Source: Octopus vulgaris (lineage: Eukaryota). Taken from it: 64,000 nt of DNA. Shown one piece after another: positions 50,162 to 64,000 of this stretch. How positions within the stretch are numbered: the first letter of the stretch is position 1; each line of letters begins with the position of its first letter. Location of the stretch: contig OX597821.1 of the NCBI GenBank assembly GCA_951406725.2, forward strand, positions 72,478,001 through 72,542,000, given 5' to 3'. The position numbers were made by a program, and so were the translations under genes. The notes beneath the pieces were generated by a model, which did not search any database, had not been told where the DNA came from, and saw only the letters and a list, made by a program, of their open reading frames with translations.

Positions 50162-50871
50162 GGATCTTTTCCTTTTGAACGGCAGACAATTTCTAGTTAA
50201 CTAAACACTTTAAAACTTCGTATACTGGTAGAATGTGTCAAAATAAAACATTTTTTTCTCTTGGCTTTCTTGGGAAAATTGTAATTTGTTTGTTTAACGT
50301 AGTTTAATTTTTCGAATTTTAACCAATCCTATGCTCTCTTTTGAGCTAAAATCATTTGCTGCGTCTAAAACCGAGACAACATCCTGTAACTAACCCTAAA
50401 CCTCCCCCTAACCCTAAATTTTTTTTCTTCTTAATTGTTAATTTAATTTAATTGTTACACGTATACGGAAAGCGTGTGTATAAAATTATAGAATTATTTT
50501 GTTCGTTAATTGTTTAAATTATTTTCTATTGCTTTAGTTTTTTTTTACACGCATAACAATTAAATTAATTTAACAATTAAGAAGAAACAAAATTTAGGAT
50601 TAGGGTTAGGGGGAGGTTTAGGGTTAGTTACAGGATGTTGTCTCAGTTTTAGACGCTGCAAATGATTTTAGTTGAATGGAGGTAATCGATTGGTTAAAAT
50701 TGCCGAAATGCTCGGATTTTCAGACGAAATATCTTACAAACTATAGAATTTTCTCAATAAAACCAAGAGAAAATGATGTTTTATAAACACATTCTACCAG
50801 TATACGAAGTTTAAAACTTTTTAGTTACCGAGAAATTATGTTACAAACTGCCGTTCAAAAGGAAAAGATCC
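50162..50871. mobile_element. Fold-back MITE (Merlin-like) with internal TAACCC motifs, inserted in a SINE
   Basis: 24-bp perfect TIR ggatcttttccttttgaacggcag; 8-bp TSD gagaccaa/gagaccga; long imperfect inverted arms. Confidence 0.82.
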
Positions 50872-51530
50872 GAGACCGATAGAATAGGTTCTAGACTTCA
50901 AATATTAAGCACAAGAGTCGATTTATTCGGCTAAAAAATTTTTTAAGGCAGTGCCCCAGCATGGTCGTAGTTTAGTGACTGGAATAAGTAAAAGAAAATA
51001 TGTGAATGCATAATTTCTACACGATATTAGATGTTGCAATGTAACACTGTCCAATATTTCAATCAATTTTTTTTTAATAAGATTTATTATATCTTAAATG
51101 ATTATTGGACATTTTTCAACTGAAAACATTTTGTGAAATATTTTAGCGAACTGTGAAGATTGCTTTATAATTAAAAAATAATTGTTCGAATCTGACCCGT
51201 TGTGGGAATAAAAGTAAATCCCAGACAAAACCTAAAACGTTTAGCCTTGGCTTTTCATTAAACCCGGAACAACATGGCTTCTATGTTTGGAGGGAGAAAA
51301 TAAAAGATTAAAACGTAGCTTTATATATTACATTGTTAACATGCTTATCAACGAAATGGGATTACGTATGTAACTCGATATTTAATAAACTTTATTGTAT
51401 TCAAAATAAATATAGCTGCTTAAATACGTAGATACGGGTTATAAAAATGACATCATAGCTTTATTTGCTTTATGGTGAAATACATGTAAATATTTCTTCA
51501 CCTTGTAAGTGCTTCCTTAACACACACGTA

Positions 51531-51567
<37 letters not shown>

Positions 51568-51638
51568 ATATATATATATATATTGTGTGTGTAAATATAT
51601 ATATATATATTGTGTGTAAATAAATATATATATACACA

Positions 51639-51689
<51 letters not shown>

Positions 51690-53009
51690 TGTGTGTGTAT
51701 ACATACACAAACACATCTAATCCGTTGCCCTGTTTCACACCAATTACCCGGTTCCTTAATTGACTTTGCAGAGGCAATCGGACCGTATCTCCAAAAGGCA
51801 GAAGCACTTTCTTCTCACCTGACTGAGAGATGGATGGATGTTATTTTCGTCACACCTTATAATACTGTTCGGTTGTTTTGTAAAATAATGTCTTTGTTTC
51901 TGCTCCAGTACTGCCGCTTATAAAAATAATTACTTTTCTTCTCGAATTATTAATGAAAAATATTTCTTTATCAGCCTTTATTTTATTTTTTCTTTCTATT
52001 TGCCAGAATTGCCGAATAGTTTTGTCTGTATGGTAGCTTACAAGGAAAGACAACGGAGGTCAGTCACCCTGCTAGAAATAGTAATCAAAGCTTCTAATCT
52101 CACACTGCGGTCTTAAAAGAGGAAGGACGCATTAGATAAATCGGTCCTAAATACACTCTATCTGAAAGAAAGATCACAACTTTTCCCCAGTCAGAGCTGG
52201 CCTCGGGTTAAACAACAACAACTAAGCTTAGAATTGCTGAATGAGAATATAATTGTTTAAATAAATTACTGCTCACGAACAGAACTTATGGTGGTAGGTG
52301 CTTTAGAGTAGTTCGTGTAACATGACTGAATGAACGAATAGCTTCACCGTCGCACCAGATATGTCCTACCCATAACCATCTGTTCTGTTTTATTTTTTTC
52401 TTCACCTATATATAAGTATGTCTATGTCAGTCTTCCTTTTTAAAGACGATCGGGTGTGATATGAGATAGGTTTTGACTAATTATGTGAATCCCCGCCACA
52501 CCTAGATACTTTTTGATAGAATAAATCAAAGACGTTTTCCAGCCGTAACAATAGTTTTTCTCACAAACATCAACCAAGATTACATTATTATATACTATAA
52601 ATAAAACCATCTTTCCTTTTCGATGGAAGGCTATAATTTCAGGAAACTTTGGCTGCCATTTCAAGTATAGAAAATTCTTTTTATCAGTGCGACTTCACCT
52701 TTAGGCTGCAGCAGCAAAAACACAATGTTGCTGAGTTGACTGCACTCTAGAATTAAGGATATTTTAATTTTCCTTTAGTAATTATCCTCAACCACTGTCT
52801 TTCTTGATCGGAGGTCACACACGCGCGCTCGCGCGCTTATAAGTACATGCGCGCGCGCGCACATATCACGTTTTATATTTCATAATATATCTTAGATATT
52901 TTGTACGCAATGATCGTCACCTACAACATATATCTCTTCCATAATGTTAAGTCGGTCTCTTTTAGGACCTGGCTGCAAATAAAGGAAGTACTATTATTCT
53001 TGTATTACA

Positions 53010-53052
53010 GTATTATATATATATATATATATATATACAAGTATATACTCAT

Positions 53053-53087
<35 letters not shown>

Positions 53088-53300
53088 CATACATGTATAT
53101 ATAACTCCATACATATGTATGTATGTATATATATATATATATACATGTATATACACATACACACATACATAATACATATATATATGTATGTGTGTATATA
53201 TATATATACATGAAACATACATACATGTACACACACATATATATATATATATGAAAAAACATACACACACACACACATATATATATATATATGTATGTAT
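53010..53300. repeat. Compound (TA)n/(CA)n microsatellite; others near 51530-51700, 55570-55630, 59870-59975, 60130-60190, 61580-61700
   Basis: Direct reading. Confidence 0.95.
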
Positions 53301-54504
53301 CTGTTAATTGCGCCATCTTAGCGAGAGAAAAAAGATATCGTATCAACCGATACTTTTTAGCAATATATTGATGGTATGTAAGATTCGTTATGTAATTGAA
53401 GTTTAAGGTTTAATAATGCTTCACTAAACCTGCTGCGCAAACGTTTTGCAGATCCATTGAAAACCTGGGCCGCGGAGGTGGGAGGGCGTTTAACGTACAA
53501 GTCATACACGCACACATAATACATATATACATACACACATGCATAACATGTATGCATACGTACATACATACAGGCACACACGCACATGTATTTTTACATA
53601 CTTATATACATATACGAAGAGGATATTTGCATGGTGGTTGGTTTTATCATCTTCATAAATAAACATTAATAAATTTTGACGAGTTATAAGTGTACCTGAA
53701 TACAATAAAACAAATATTATCATTAAAAGATTTCTAAAAGTCCAACAACGGTTTCTCATTATTTTATAATCGTTAATTAATCTTTGTTCATTTATTAAAT
53801 AGTTTTATGCAACTTAATAAAATGAAATCATTTAAATTAATTTTCACTATTGTCTTGTAAGGTGGGTGTAATTAATATCTTCTGATGGATGGACTTTCGG
53901 AATAAGCCGTCAATACCTTGAGGATAAGGATAAACGGCAAGGAATTGGGTGGTTTATCTCCTGTTAAAGAATTTTTTGTTCAAGAAATTGCATTTTTCAC
54001 AATTGTCCCCAGTCGGATGTAATGATAAATAAAATACCAAATCATTAAATTTATGCAACGTGGGACCGTGTTACATGACCATCACGTTATATTCTTTTTA
54101 GGATTTTGCTTATCTTTGCAATAAACTATTATTTAATTTCTTAAAAATCATTGGCAATCATAATAAACACATAAAGACATTTTTCGAGCACATGAACTAA
54201 TATTCTTCTAGAGACACACTCGTTTTTCATATACTTCTTCAACGAATAATAGGTCTTCATAATTCTATTTCACTGTAGATTTGGTTGCTTAATGCGCATA
54301 TTATTATTATTATTATCCTTATGAGTAAATATGAAGTGTTGCAGCAGAAATAAACGTTAGCACCAGCATTTATTCTAATTCAATGTGGATGGTGTATATT
54401 TATAGCATCATCTCGTTTATTCAGTTACATAACATCATGTAATTGTGTCTAATAAATAGAAGGAAATAGACATGAAGGAAGGAAGACAACTGGGTTTGTG
54501 TGTG

Positions 54505-54830
54505 TGTGAATGATAGAGACAAGAGAAGAGGAAAGGAGAGAAGGAAGAAGAGAGAAATAGAGAGGAGGAAGAAAAGAGATGATAGGGAGAAAAGAGAAAT
54601 AGAGAGGAGGAAGAAAAGAGATGATAGAGAGAAGAGAGAAATAGAGAGGAGGAAGAAGAGAGAATGGAGAGAGGGGGCAGAGAAGGAAGAAGAGATGATG
54701 GGGAGAAGAGAGAAAGAGAGAGATGGGGAGAAGAGAGAAAGAGAGTGATAGAGAGAAGAGAAGAGGGAAGGAGAGAGGGGGAGAGAATGAAGAAGAAATA
54801 GAGAGGATGAAGAAGAGAGAAAGAGAGAGT
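54505..54830. repeat. Polypurine GA-rich tract with a ~42-bp tandem unit
   Basis: agagaaatagagaggaggaagaaaagagatgatag... repeated 2-3 times. Confidence 0.9.
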
Positions 54831-55568
54831 GTCATTAAGATTATTTGTTCTTCGATTGTCATAATTTCATTTACCGTGCAAACAAATGTTTATTGATAAA
54901 CTGGCGAGCTTTTATCGATAATTGCCTCCTTCAACTATTTAAATAATGTTTAAAACCACAATGTCGTGGATGCCAGACCCTGATATGCGTGGCTATTTTG
55001 TATATTGTACAAGCACCACGAAATTCGATAAAAAATTAAATTATTGCTTGTAACCCATGTTTCCTGATATTACCATAGTTGTAAAAATATATTTCTGAAA
55101 TGAAACCGGGAACAACTATAGAGTGTGTGTGTGTGTTCCTACAGAACAGAGTAGTAACCTATCTAATCTACCAAAAAACTAGAAATTTCTTCGGGTGTGT
55201 GTGTTTCAGTCTTTGTAGATAATCAGACAAGACGAGAAAAAAAAAGTGGGGGCGGTGGAAGGTATTTTCGCTCCCCTCACATTCGTAATTTTTCAGCTTT
55301 GACTTTCTTGTGAAGATTTTTTTTTTCGGATTTGTGTTTTAAATATCTGAAACTACGATTTTTCGAACATATTGTTAACATTTTAAAACAAATAGAGAGA
55401 AAAAAATTCAAAATTGAAACATTACAGAAAGAAGGGAGAGCAAAAATATCCCCTCTTTTTTTCGAAATGGTAATCTGCGATGTTTAAAACATCCACATAC
55501 GGCGAAATTACGATTTTTGGCAACGTAATAATCTTTTCTATTCCATTGGAACGCCTATGATTGCGATG

Positions 55569-55605
<37 letters not shown>

Positions 55606-56199
55606 CTGTGTGTGTGTGTGTGCATATATATGTATATCTTTTATTGGTCTCAGCCGAAGTATCGGCAGTGCCCCAGCATAGGATATCGCCATTAACACCA
55701 TAATATTACACACACACAAGGAAAGAAACTCCTGTCGCATTTCAAGAAGGGAAATAAATAGATGCTTCTTTGGTGTTAATTGATATACTTAACCAAGATA
55801 AAAAAATTTCCCTAATAATTGATAACAAAAATCCAATTTATTTGGTAAATTATTGATCCCTGGATCATAAAATTCTTTAGATTTCCAAGTTAAGAAACAG
55901 TATAATTTTTCTATTTTCCCTCGAAATAATGTTTTAACGATCTAAAAAGATGATAGACAGATCAGAAGAATAAGCAGGATGAGGCAAAACTCTTCCATAT
56001 TTAGTGCTGTAATAGTTTCTTGAGTGAATTTGGCAATATATGGTCATGGCATTATCGTATAAGAGCAACTCTTTTTTACGACTGACCAATGGTCAGCGCT
56101 GTTTTTTCTTTTTTTTTTTACATATTTTTGAGCAATACTTCAAACTGACGACCTCTCCATATTCTTTCGTTTTGGTTTAACCCTTTATGATAGAGGAAA

Positions 56200-56790
56200 C
56201 CCTTCGTATCCTACAAAAAAGATAAAGAAAAACAGAGCATAACGTTTTTTTCGAGTGTAGTCACAATTTGGAGATCGATTACCCCTTTTCAATGGGTGAT
56301 AACCATTGTCGTTTTCGTTGGATAAGATTACAAAGACCCCCACTTTTCATCACATGTGATGATTCTACCCCGAAAGTTTTTTGTAGTAAACCTATCAATG
56401 ATGAATAGACTCTTTGATTAAGCCGAGAAACATTCAGACGATGAGGGATCCATTGACCAAGTTTACATGCATTTCCTAGTTCTTGAAAGTGTTTTATGAT
56501 CAAAGTGTAACTTGAATTGTTTTGCTAATTCTCGTGCAGTTTGGATTGTCCTCACGGTTTTAAGAAGTTCAAGATTGACAGACATTGGTCATTCAGATAG
56601 AGGGGAGTCTGTGAGAGATAAAATTCCAGAACGAAATTAACCAATCCATCGTTAGCATATCCGGACACTTGCAACTTCATTTCTGTAGACAGAACGAATA
56701 TTTCTTGCCGCTTCCGTTGCTGCGAAACCCCTTTTTGAATTCATACAACATGCAGTATCAGATATGGGTCTGATTTGAACTCATTTCGAA
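56200..56790 (-). pseudogene. Degenerate mariner transposase remnant
   Basis: LGQWIPHRL and TCDEKW-like motifs. Confidence 0.75.
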
Positions 56791-59700
56791 AGGGATAATG
56801 ATATAAAGTGAACTGCAAAGAAAGAAAGAAAATGAAAAAAAAATGTTAAAAGTAATAATTTTACCGTAAAAATTGAATACATTCAAAGTGATCATTTCAA
56901 AAATACGTGGTTATGGAGCGAACTCCTTAACTACACTGTTATGCATTTGAACTGACTTGTTTTAGCTTTCATTAAAAACTCATCAGCGATCGTTCTTCTC
57001 TGTCTGTCAAGTTACCGAAAGGAATAGTGTTGCTGTACTTATCGAAATAAAATGTAAAAACGATAGCGAATAATGTAACTTCACTTGCATAAAGGTACAA
57101 GGTCGATGGCAAAGCAGAACAAAAGCGAATACCAATAGGTGTGTAAGGTAAGTAGGATTATATATCTAAGCCTAAATGCTGTCTGCTATTGATCTTATGA
57201 TAACAGCACACATCAACGAATTGAAAAGAAAATCCACTGTAAATAATCTTGTTATCTCGCTTTTGGCAAGCAGACTGTTAATCGAAAGTGTTCCAGATGC
57301 GGCCATTGGATATATATTGCCAAATATATCCTTTATTTAAGATAGTAGGGTGTTATTTGAAAGGAATCTGGCTGCTTTTTCAGACATGAATGTAGAAGAT
57401 TCTCTACTGAATAAAGTTGTCCATACTTTAAGTTCGGACATGTAATCATGTTCAATTTACATTTTTTAAATATATTGGAGTCTACATATTTCTAATGCAC
57501 AATACAAAACAACAGCAACACACACACGTGTGTGTGTGTGTGTGTTATATTGTATATGCATATCTACAATAGACAGGCTCATGCTTTTTATGTTTCATAT
57601 TTCACAATCGTTTGAAAACTGGAACGTGAAACTCCGAGCAATAATTCACGAAATTTCAGCTTCCAATAATATACACCTTTGCTCCAGAGTTGAGCACTCG
57701 TTTTGGACGCAACCTTTATCAGGTAAAGTGGAATTTAGGGAAAGTAAGCAGCTTTTATCACAAGGTCGAGTCGAACAAAACATTGTAAATGAAAATGGGT
57801 TGGTGAAATCTGTGTGGAATCCCGCTGGTTGAATTCCACCTGTAATTCAAACACTTAACACTGTCAAATGCTGTTGAGTCTGTATGAGAATTATGTTAAA
57901 AGTACTTGTAGAGTATGCAGCCATTTACACACCAATTCAATGAGCAGCTGGAACACGAGACTGAACAACTGAAGTACTCGACCTTTTCTACAAAATTAGC
58001 CTTCTCTTTTGGAATTTCCTCCCTACAATTTTTTCTTGCAGTTGTCGATTTTCTCTTGTTCAAGATGAACCTCAACACTATTGATCTCACAAGTGAAAGT
58101 CATTAGCCTAGATTGTTGCGCTTTGATGTCTGTGTGTGTGTATATATATTTATAGGTATGTATGCACGAGTGTGAATAGGCTGCAAGCATGACCGAGTAG
58201 TTAAGAAATTCCAGGAGATTCCAAGTTTGGTTCCACTGCGTAGCGTTTCACATGTCTTGGGCAAGAGTTTCTACCATCACCTCGAATCTACTCATGTCTT
58301 CCGAGCGAAATTGGGCCGATAGAAACTGATAGAAGTCCATCAGATGGACTAAACCTATATCTGAAAGAACCAGCCGCGTCACACTGATTCTGTTTGGGGA
58401 TATAAAGGATACAAATGGTTGTGGGATAGTCAGCCATATTATAATTCAATGATTAAGTGGTTTTGTTGATCGAATAACTGAAACACTTTATCTTTGAAAC
58501 CGACGGAGAAGCATCTTACTCTTTAATTTTGTTTTTATTCTTCAAATTTTTCCAGTAGACAAACAGCCGGGTTGCAACCTTGAAACAAAGCTTTTTTTAT
58601 TTTTTGGAATTTAACCAAGTAATCACATATGTACGTGTAATATCAGCTAAAACAGCATCAAGGGAGGTTGCTAGTGGCCTGTGTTAGCAAGACTTGTATT
58701 GTTTGGTAAAAGTGACGGTAAAAGTTTGAAATTGCTGTGGGAAGTACAGCAGCGAATGTTTCGAAGAGTTCTTCTTCAGGGTTAAAACGATAGGAAAGAA
58801 AAAGTAGAAAGTCATGTACAAAGCAAACATATGTATACATGCTTGTTATTACACGTCTGTGTGCATACATTAATGCACATTTGCAAGGTGTTCTTTCAAA
58901 AAATCATTTAAAATATTAGACTAATAAAATTGTTATCTAACTTGGAATTACTGTAATTAGGAAATCGTGTACACGTATGGATAACAGAACTATTTGAGTA
59001 GAATCTGTTATAAATGCATAAATAATAAAACTACTAAATCTAGTAAGAAACGCATTATATATGAAACCTGGTTTACACCAACCACAAATTCATATGAACA
59101 CACGAAAGTAAGAAAGTCTTCTAGTTTAAATTTCTAGAGATCCACTGACAGCTTTCTTTTATGAATATAGCGTCGAAAATAGACTTAGTTATTCACCATT
59201 ACGATATCAGAAAGACGGCAAGGATCACAAAACGCCACATAACCCGATTTATTGAGTTCAAATCTCAGTCATACCGACTTTATCAACCACCCGTTGTCAC
59301 AGGTCGATGAAATCAGTACCTGTAAAATAATTATAGATTCAGTTATTAATGTGATTTTCCTACAATGGTTGTCTGATTATCCAACCAAGAGAACTTAATT
59401 TTTATAGGTTTCTCTTCAAACTATTTGCTGTTAATAGTATAAACAATTATTAACTTTCCAATCTCCATTTTCAAATGACTGAAACAAATAAAAGAATATA
59501 TATATATATACACACATACACATCGTGAATGTATCGTAAATCATTGACCCACACTCTAAAGCACAGAGTAGTAATATATTAATGTCACTCTATGACCGAC
59601 ATTAGCTTAATTACTTTTAATATATATATAAGTCGTCTAAAAGTCCATAAGTCAGGAAAAAGATGCACTCGTATATCAATAGAGCGAGTGTATTATCCGA

Positions 59701-59882
59701 AGTGTACAGAATTATATATGCATCACAGCCGATCTTGTCAATCGGTTTCGTGCTAGGGGTACCTGACTCTCCGTTGTACCCCCAGCACGAAACCGCTTGA
59801 TCGGCCCTCATGGATAAATAATACTGTACACATCAGATAATATATTTATATATGTATGCAGTAAGAGAAATATGTATGTGTA

Positions 59883-59977
<95 letters not shown>

Positions 59978-60137
59978 TGAAGAGCTTGCAAGAAGCATCG
60001 AAAACTTTAGAAAATTTTTTTCGAGAAAATAAGTAAATGTGGAAATTGAACCGGTGAGTGTGTTAATAAGGCATTAAAACAAAATGACTCTTCCCAGTCA
60101 CAATAATATATATATTATTGAAGATAATATTATATAA

Positions 60138-60196
<59 letters not shown>

Positions 60197-61593
60197 AGAG
60201 AGAGGGAATAGTATAAAATACACTAAATTGCCTGTTATATAAGGTGTTGGTTATAAATGAATGTATCTACTAAATTGTAAGGAAATTAACATTTTTTAAA
60301 TTACTACTTTAGTTATATACAAGAAATATCAATAATGATTATGATATGTTCATTAATACCACCAGGGCCCTTTTCATACAGACGTGTCACAAAAGGGTTT
60401 ACAGGACGCAAGGTGGGTGTGCAAATAATGGTTCCTAAAATAAGAACAAGTTCGAGATTTTGGTCGATTTAATTAAAGCCCAACCCAGTATTGACGGGTA
60501 CCCACTGTATAACTGAACGGTTGTAACACAGAGGAATTTATCTCTATAAGTAAGATCCCACAACAAAATCATTAAATATTCCTCTTTAAGTGAATATTAC
60601 ATAAGTCAATTAATTTTGATTTGAGCTGACTATTCGTTCCAGGTGAAGCACTCCACCGCTCACGAATGTTTTTGTTGTTTGATCATTATGGCTTAATATA
60701 TTTAAGTTTTCAACATATATAATATATATATATATAAGCTTGGATTTTCTCTGGAGCCTTTAGCTATTTGTATTGAACAAACTTTCGATTAAAATTATAA
60801 TTTTTTTTTATGTAGCGGACTGGAAAATAACGAAAATAAAATAATCTTCAATTTTAGTATAATCCAACTTAAATATTATTCATATTGTCATAATTGTAAT
60901 AGGTCGACATAAATATCAGCGTTTACTATCAATGAAAGTTTATTAATGCAACTAAAGTCTGTATAAAATCTTCAAATTAATCTTTAAACTCAGTCAACAT
61001 AACTCCCTAACCCAGATTAATTTTAAACACGTACTAATTAAATAATATGCTCAATAAAATGACGCATCAGTTAAGTAGCTTAATAAATTATTAAAATTTA
61101 CTTTTTCCACCCTATAATTAGATAAACATTTCGATAATAATTGCCCTTAATATGATAATATAATTTTCATCACCACATATTTTGCTCAAGCTAAGATGCT
61201 AATAATGCGTCAAGATTATTTAAGCAGAGGGAACTTTTTCGGTGAGCACCGATTGGCAGAGTCTAACAGGCGGCTGGCTAGCTGGATGGTCGGCCGTGCT
61301 GCTTCTATTGGAAAATAACTGGTCACGGTTTAAACAAGCTTCAGCGGGGCTTCAACAGTTACCTCCCGTGCTTCGACGAGCTCTCGTGTTCACATTGACT
61401 AGTCTCCAAGTTTCATGCGCAAACGACACCTAGCGGAAACTATGTATATACAACTTTTTTTGTTTTTATATTTTTATTGTTTTCTACTTTTAATGTTTTT
61501 GTTTACTCAATTACCTGTTCCAATTAAGAGATATACACACATTATGTATAGTTACTCACATGTACATAATATTCATAACGTGTGTATATATAC

Positions 61594-61624
<31 letters not shown>

Positions 61625-62689
61625 CACACAATATATATGCATACATAATATATAACATACATGTATATATACACACATTGTGTATATATACATTATATAT
61701 AAACCACCATATCTCAAGATTTTATAAATATTCTATAAATTTTAATATTATTGTTTTACTAGTAATGTTTTAACGGTGCCCCATGCCTTTCTAGCGACAA
61801 AATATTTTTTACTATGGTCCATAAAAAAAAAAAAATGTAAATATCTAATAGATTGTTGGCATGCCTGTGTGTGTGTGTGTGTAATAATTAGACCTCGTTA
61901 GACAGTTATTTTGCTTGTAAAGTAGTTCCCAAATATTTATCGGGGTTTATTTTCAGTACGATAGTTTTTTCAATTATTCAAATCGTTAATCCGTCCTTAA
62001 ATATTTAAAAAAAAAAAAACCAAACTTTCCCGACCCAGTCGGTAACATCATTCTCGTTTCACCTTTACACTATGAAAAAAACTAGGGCGTGGAGATGGCC
62101 AGATACTTGGGCGAAATGCTTTTAGTTTGATAGGACATCGTTCCGGTTTCGAATCCCACTTTTCAGTAAAAAAAAACAAAACAAATTAGCATTGATCTCA
62201 TTCAAAAAGAAATGAGATATACGAAAGATAGCCATTTCCAAGTTCTTTAAGAAAATTTCTTCTTGTGGTTATTTGTTTATAGCCATGTCGCAATCTTCGT
62301 CATTTTACAAAGTAATCACAATCATAGTTTCACCATATTGCTATTTTGTGGTAACAACCAATTTATCGTAAAAAGTTACTTTCTAAGACGCTATATTTAT
62401 TATATTGATACAATTAATTTCATTTTACTGCTAGATAGCTATCATAGTTTCTGCTATTAATCAAAAACATTAACGGCAACTGAATATTTACATAAATGCC
62501 GTTGATGCCCTCATTCAGTGGGGGAAATGTTTTAACTTCCTCTCTCCTATTATAAATGTACTAAATGCCTTTGGTAGAAATTACAAATTTTAAAAGTGAA
62601 ATATTTTATAAGCTTTATAAATTCTAATGCTTTTCAAATTGCCCTCATTAGTAATAATTAGTTAAATAACATTTAATCTTTCAACTATT

Positions 62690-63361
62690 TTTAGTGATGA
62701 AGTGACTTTTCACTTGAGCGGCACAGTGTGCGTTTTTGGGGGTACAGAGCACCCACATGAAACAGTTGAGCATGAAAGCGATTCTCCTAAAGTGAACGTC
62801 TTCTGTGCTGTGTCTCAGGACCAGGTTTATGGTCCCTTTTTCTTTGAAGAATACACCATCACAGGACAAACCTATCTCGATATGCTCCAAAACTCTCTCT
62901 TCGCTTCATTGCAAGCAGTTTCGCATGACTTCATTTTTCAACATTGGCGCCTGATGGTTCGAGCTTTTTTAAATGAAAAAGTGCGCCAGCGATGGATTGG
63001 CCGGAAAGGGGCCCAAGAGTTTGCTCTTTGTGCTTGGTCTGCGAGATCCCCAAACCTCACCGTATGTGATTTTTTTTTCTTGTGGGTTTATGTTCCACCG
63101 CTGCCCACTAACCTTGACTTTATCCATCGAATAACAACAGCGATCAACTCAGTTGATTGTGATAATACCTGTCTGGGAGAAACTCTCCTATTGCATTGAT
63201 GTTGCCCGTGCTACACAGGTGGTGGCCACATTGAACACTTGTAAGACAGGAAATAAAAGTTGATTGAGTAAATACTTGTGATTTAGCTGGAGTTTTCTAT
63301 TGCTTTTCCTTATTAAAATATTGCGTAATGAAATCGGTTCATTCTTTTTGAATAACCCTGC
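62690..63361 (+). pseudogene. Tc1/mariner-superfamily transposase remnant with right terminus
   Basis: SPKVNVFCAVS, GPFFFE, RWIGR, W.ARSPNLT.CDFFLW; ends tttttgaataaccctg. Confidence 0.85.
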
Positions 63362-63436
63362 ACACTAAAGCATTTAGTAGAAATTACAAATTTCTGTTTT
63401 AAGATATTTTATAAGCTTTATAAATTGCCCTCACTA

Positions 63437-63653
63437 GGTACCACTCGAGAACAGTGGTCCCAGTGCGCGCATTCGCGCTAGCTAGTCGATCCTACGAATA
63501 CCTAGCAAAGTAAATAAAACACAAAATAAATTTTGTTAAAGTAAATAATTTTTTAAGCAAAGTAAATAACACAAAAACACTAAGTAAGGATCGACTAGTC
63601 ATGACTAGCTAGCGCGGATGCGCGCACCGAGACCACTGTTCTCAAGTTTTACC
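63437..63653. mobile_element. MITE with GG...CC ends and 9-bp TSD (Merlin- or Mutator-like)
   Basis: TSD ccctcacta at 63428-63436 and 63654-63662; ~60-bp imperfect TIRs. Confidence 0.82.
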
Positions 63654-64000
63654 CCCTCACTAGTTAAATAGCAATCTTTCTACTGCAGGTGTAATTTTAT
63701 TAATTGGATCCTTTCTTATAAATTAAACGAAATAGAAACCTATTTATAAATGGAATCTTTATTATGATCAAAATGATCTTATACAGAAAGGGACATTACT
63801 AGACAAACAAAAATGTTATGAGTTTCATTTAAAAAAATTTATATAGAAATAATTTATATAACTATTAATTTATCCTTAGACTAGAACTTTTTTTTTTAAA
63901 GAAAGAAAAGGAATAAATGCAATATCCTCATCTCTCATTGAAGTTGTACACTTAGTACATTTAGTAGGAATTACAAATTTCTGTTTTAAAATATTTTATA

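Noticed and set aside
50385-50630. Interstitial telomere or chromosome fusion site
   Set aside because: The few TAACCC/GGGTTA motifs are internal to the inverted arms of a TSD-flanked MITE.
51498-54862. Long YI/CV-rich and ER-rich ORFs
   Set aside because: They are translations of microsatellites and the polypurine tract.
57530-58106. ORFs of 63-100 aa in unique-looking sequence
   Set aside because: No recognisable motif or consistent splice structure.

Overview
Eukaryotic, AT-rich, repeat-dense genomic DNA, most likely from an octopus (inferred from recalled repeat families, not checked by search). Positions 193-39654 on the minus strand hold one complete 20-exon gene. I assembled it by hand: all introns are GT-AG, all phases are consistent, and the CDS is 2682 nt (893 aa + stop). 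It encodes WDR36/UTP21, the WD40 subunit of the SSU processome. Introns and flanks contain RTE and CR1 LINE fragments, tRNA-derived SINEs, mariner/Tc1, piggyBac, Merlin-like, hAT-like and Helitron elements, a solo LTR and microsatellites. No second gene could be assembled. The most interesting observations are: (1) a TSD-flanked, head-to-head tRNA-derived element whose tail carries a Penelope-type hammerhead ribozyme motif; (2) a tandem double hammerhead motif in a Penelope-like remnant; (3) a ~1.27 kb near-perfect palindrome with a reconstructable fold-back origin next to exon 19; (4) a variable-copy array of pseudoknot-like units in the RTE 3' UTR; (5) a pre-miRNA-like hairpin near 59.75 kb. 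All coordinates were read by eye, and repeat boundaries without TSDs are approximate.
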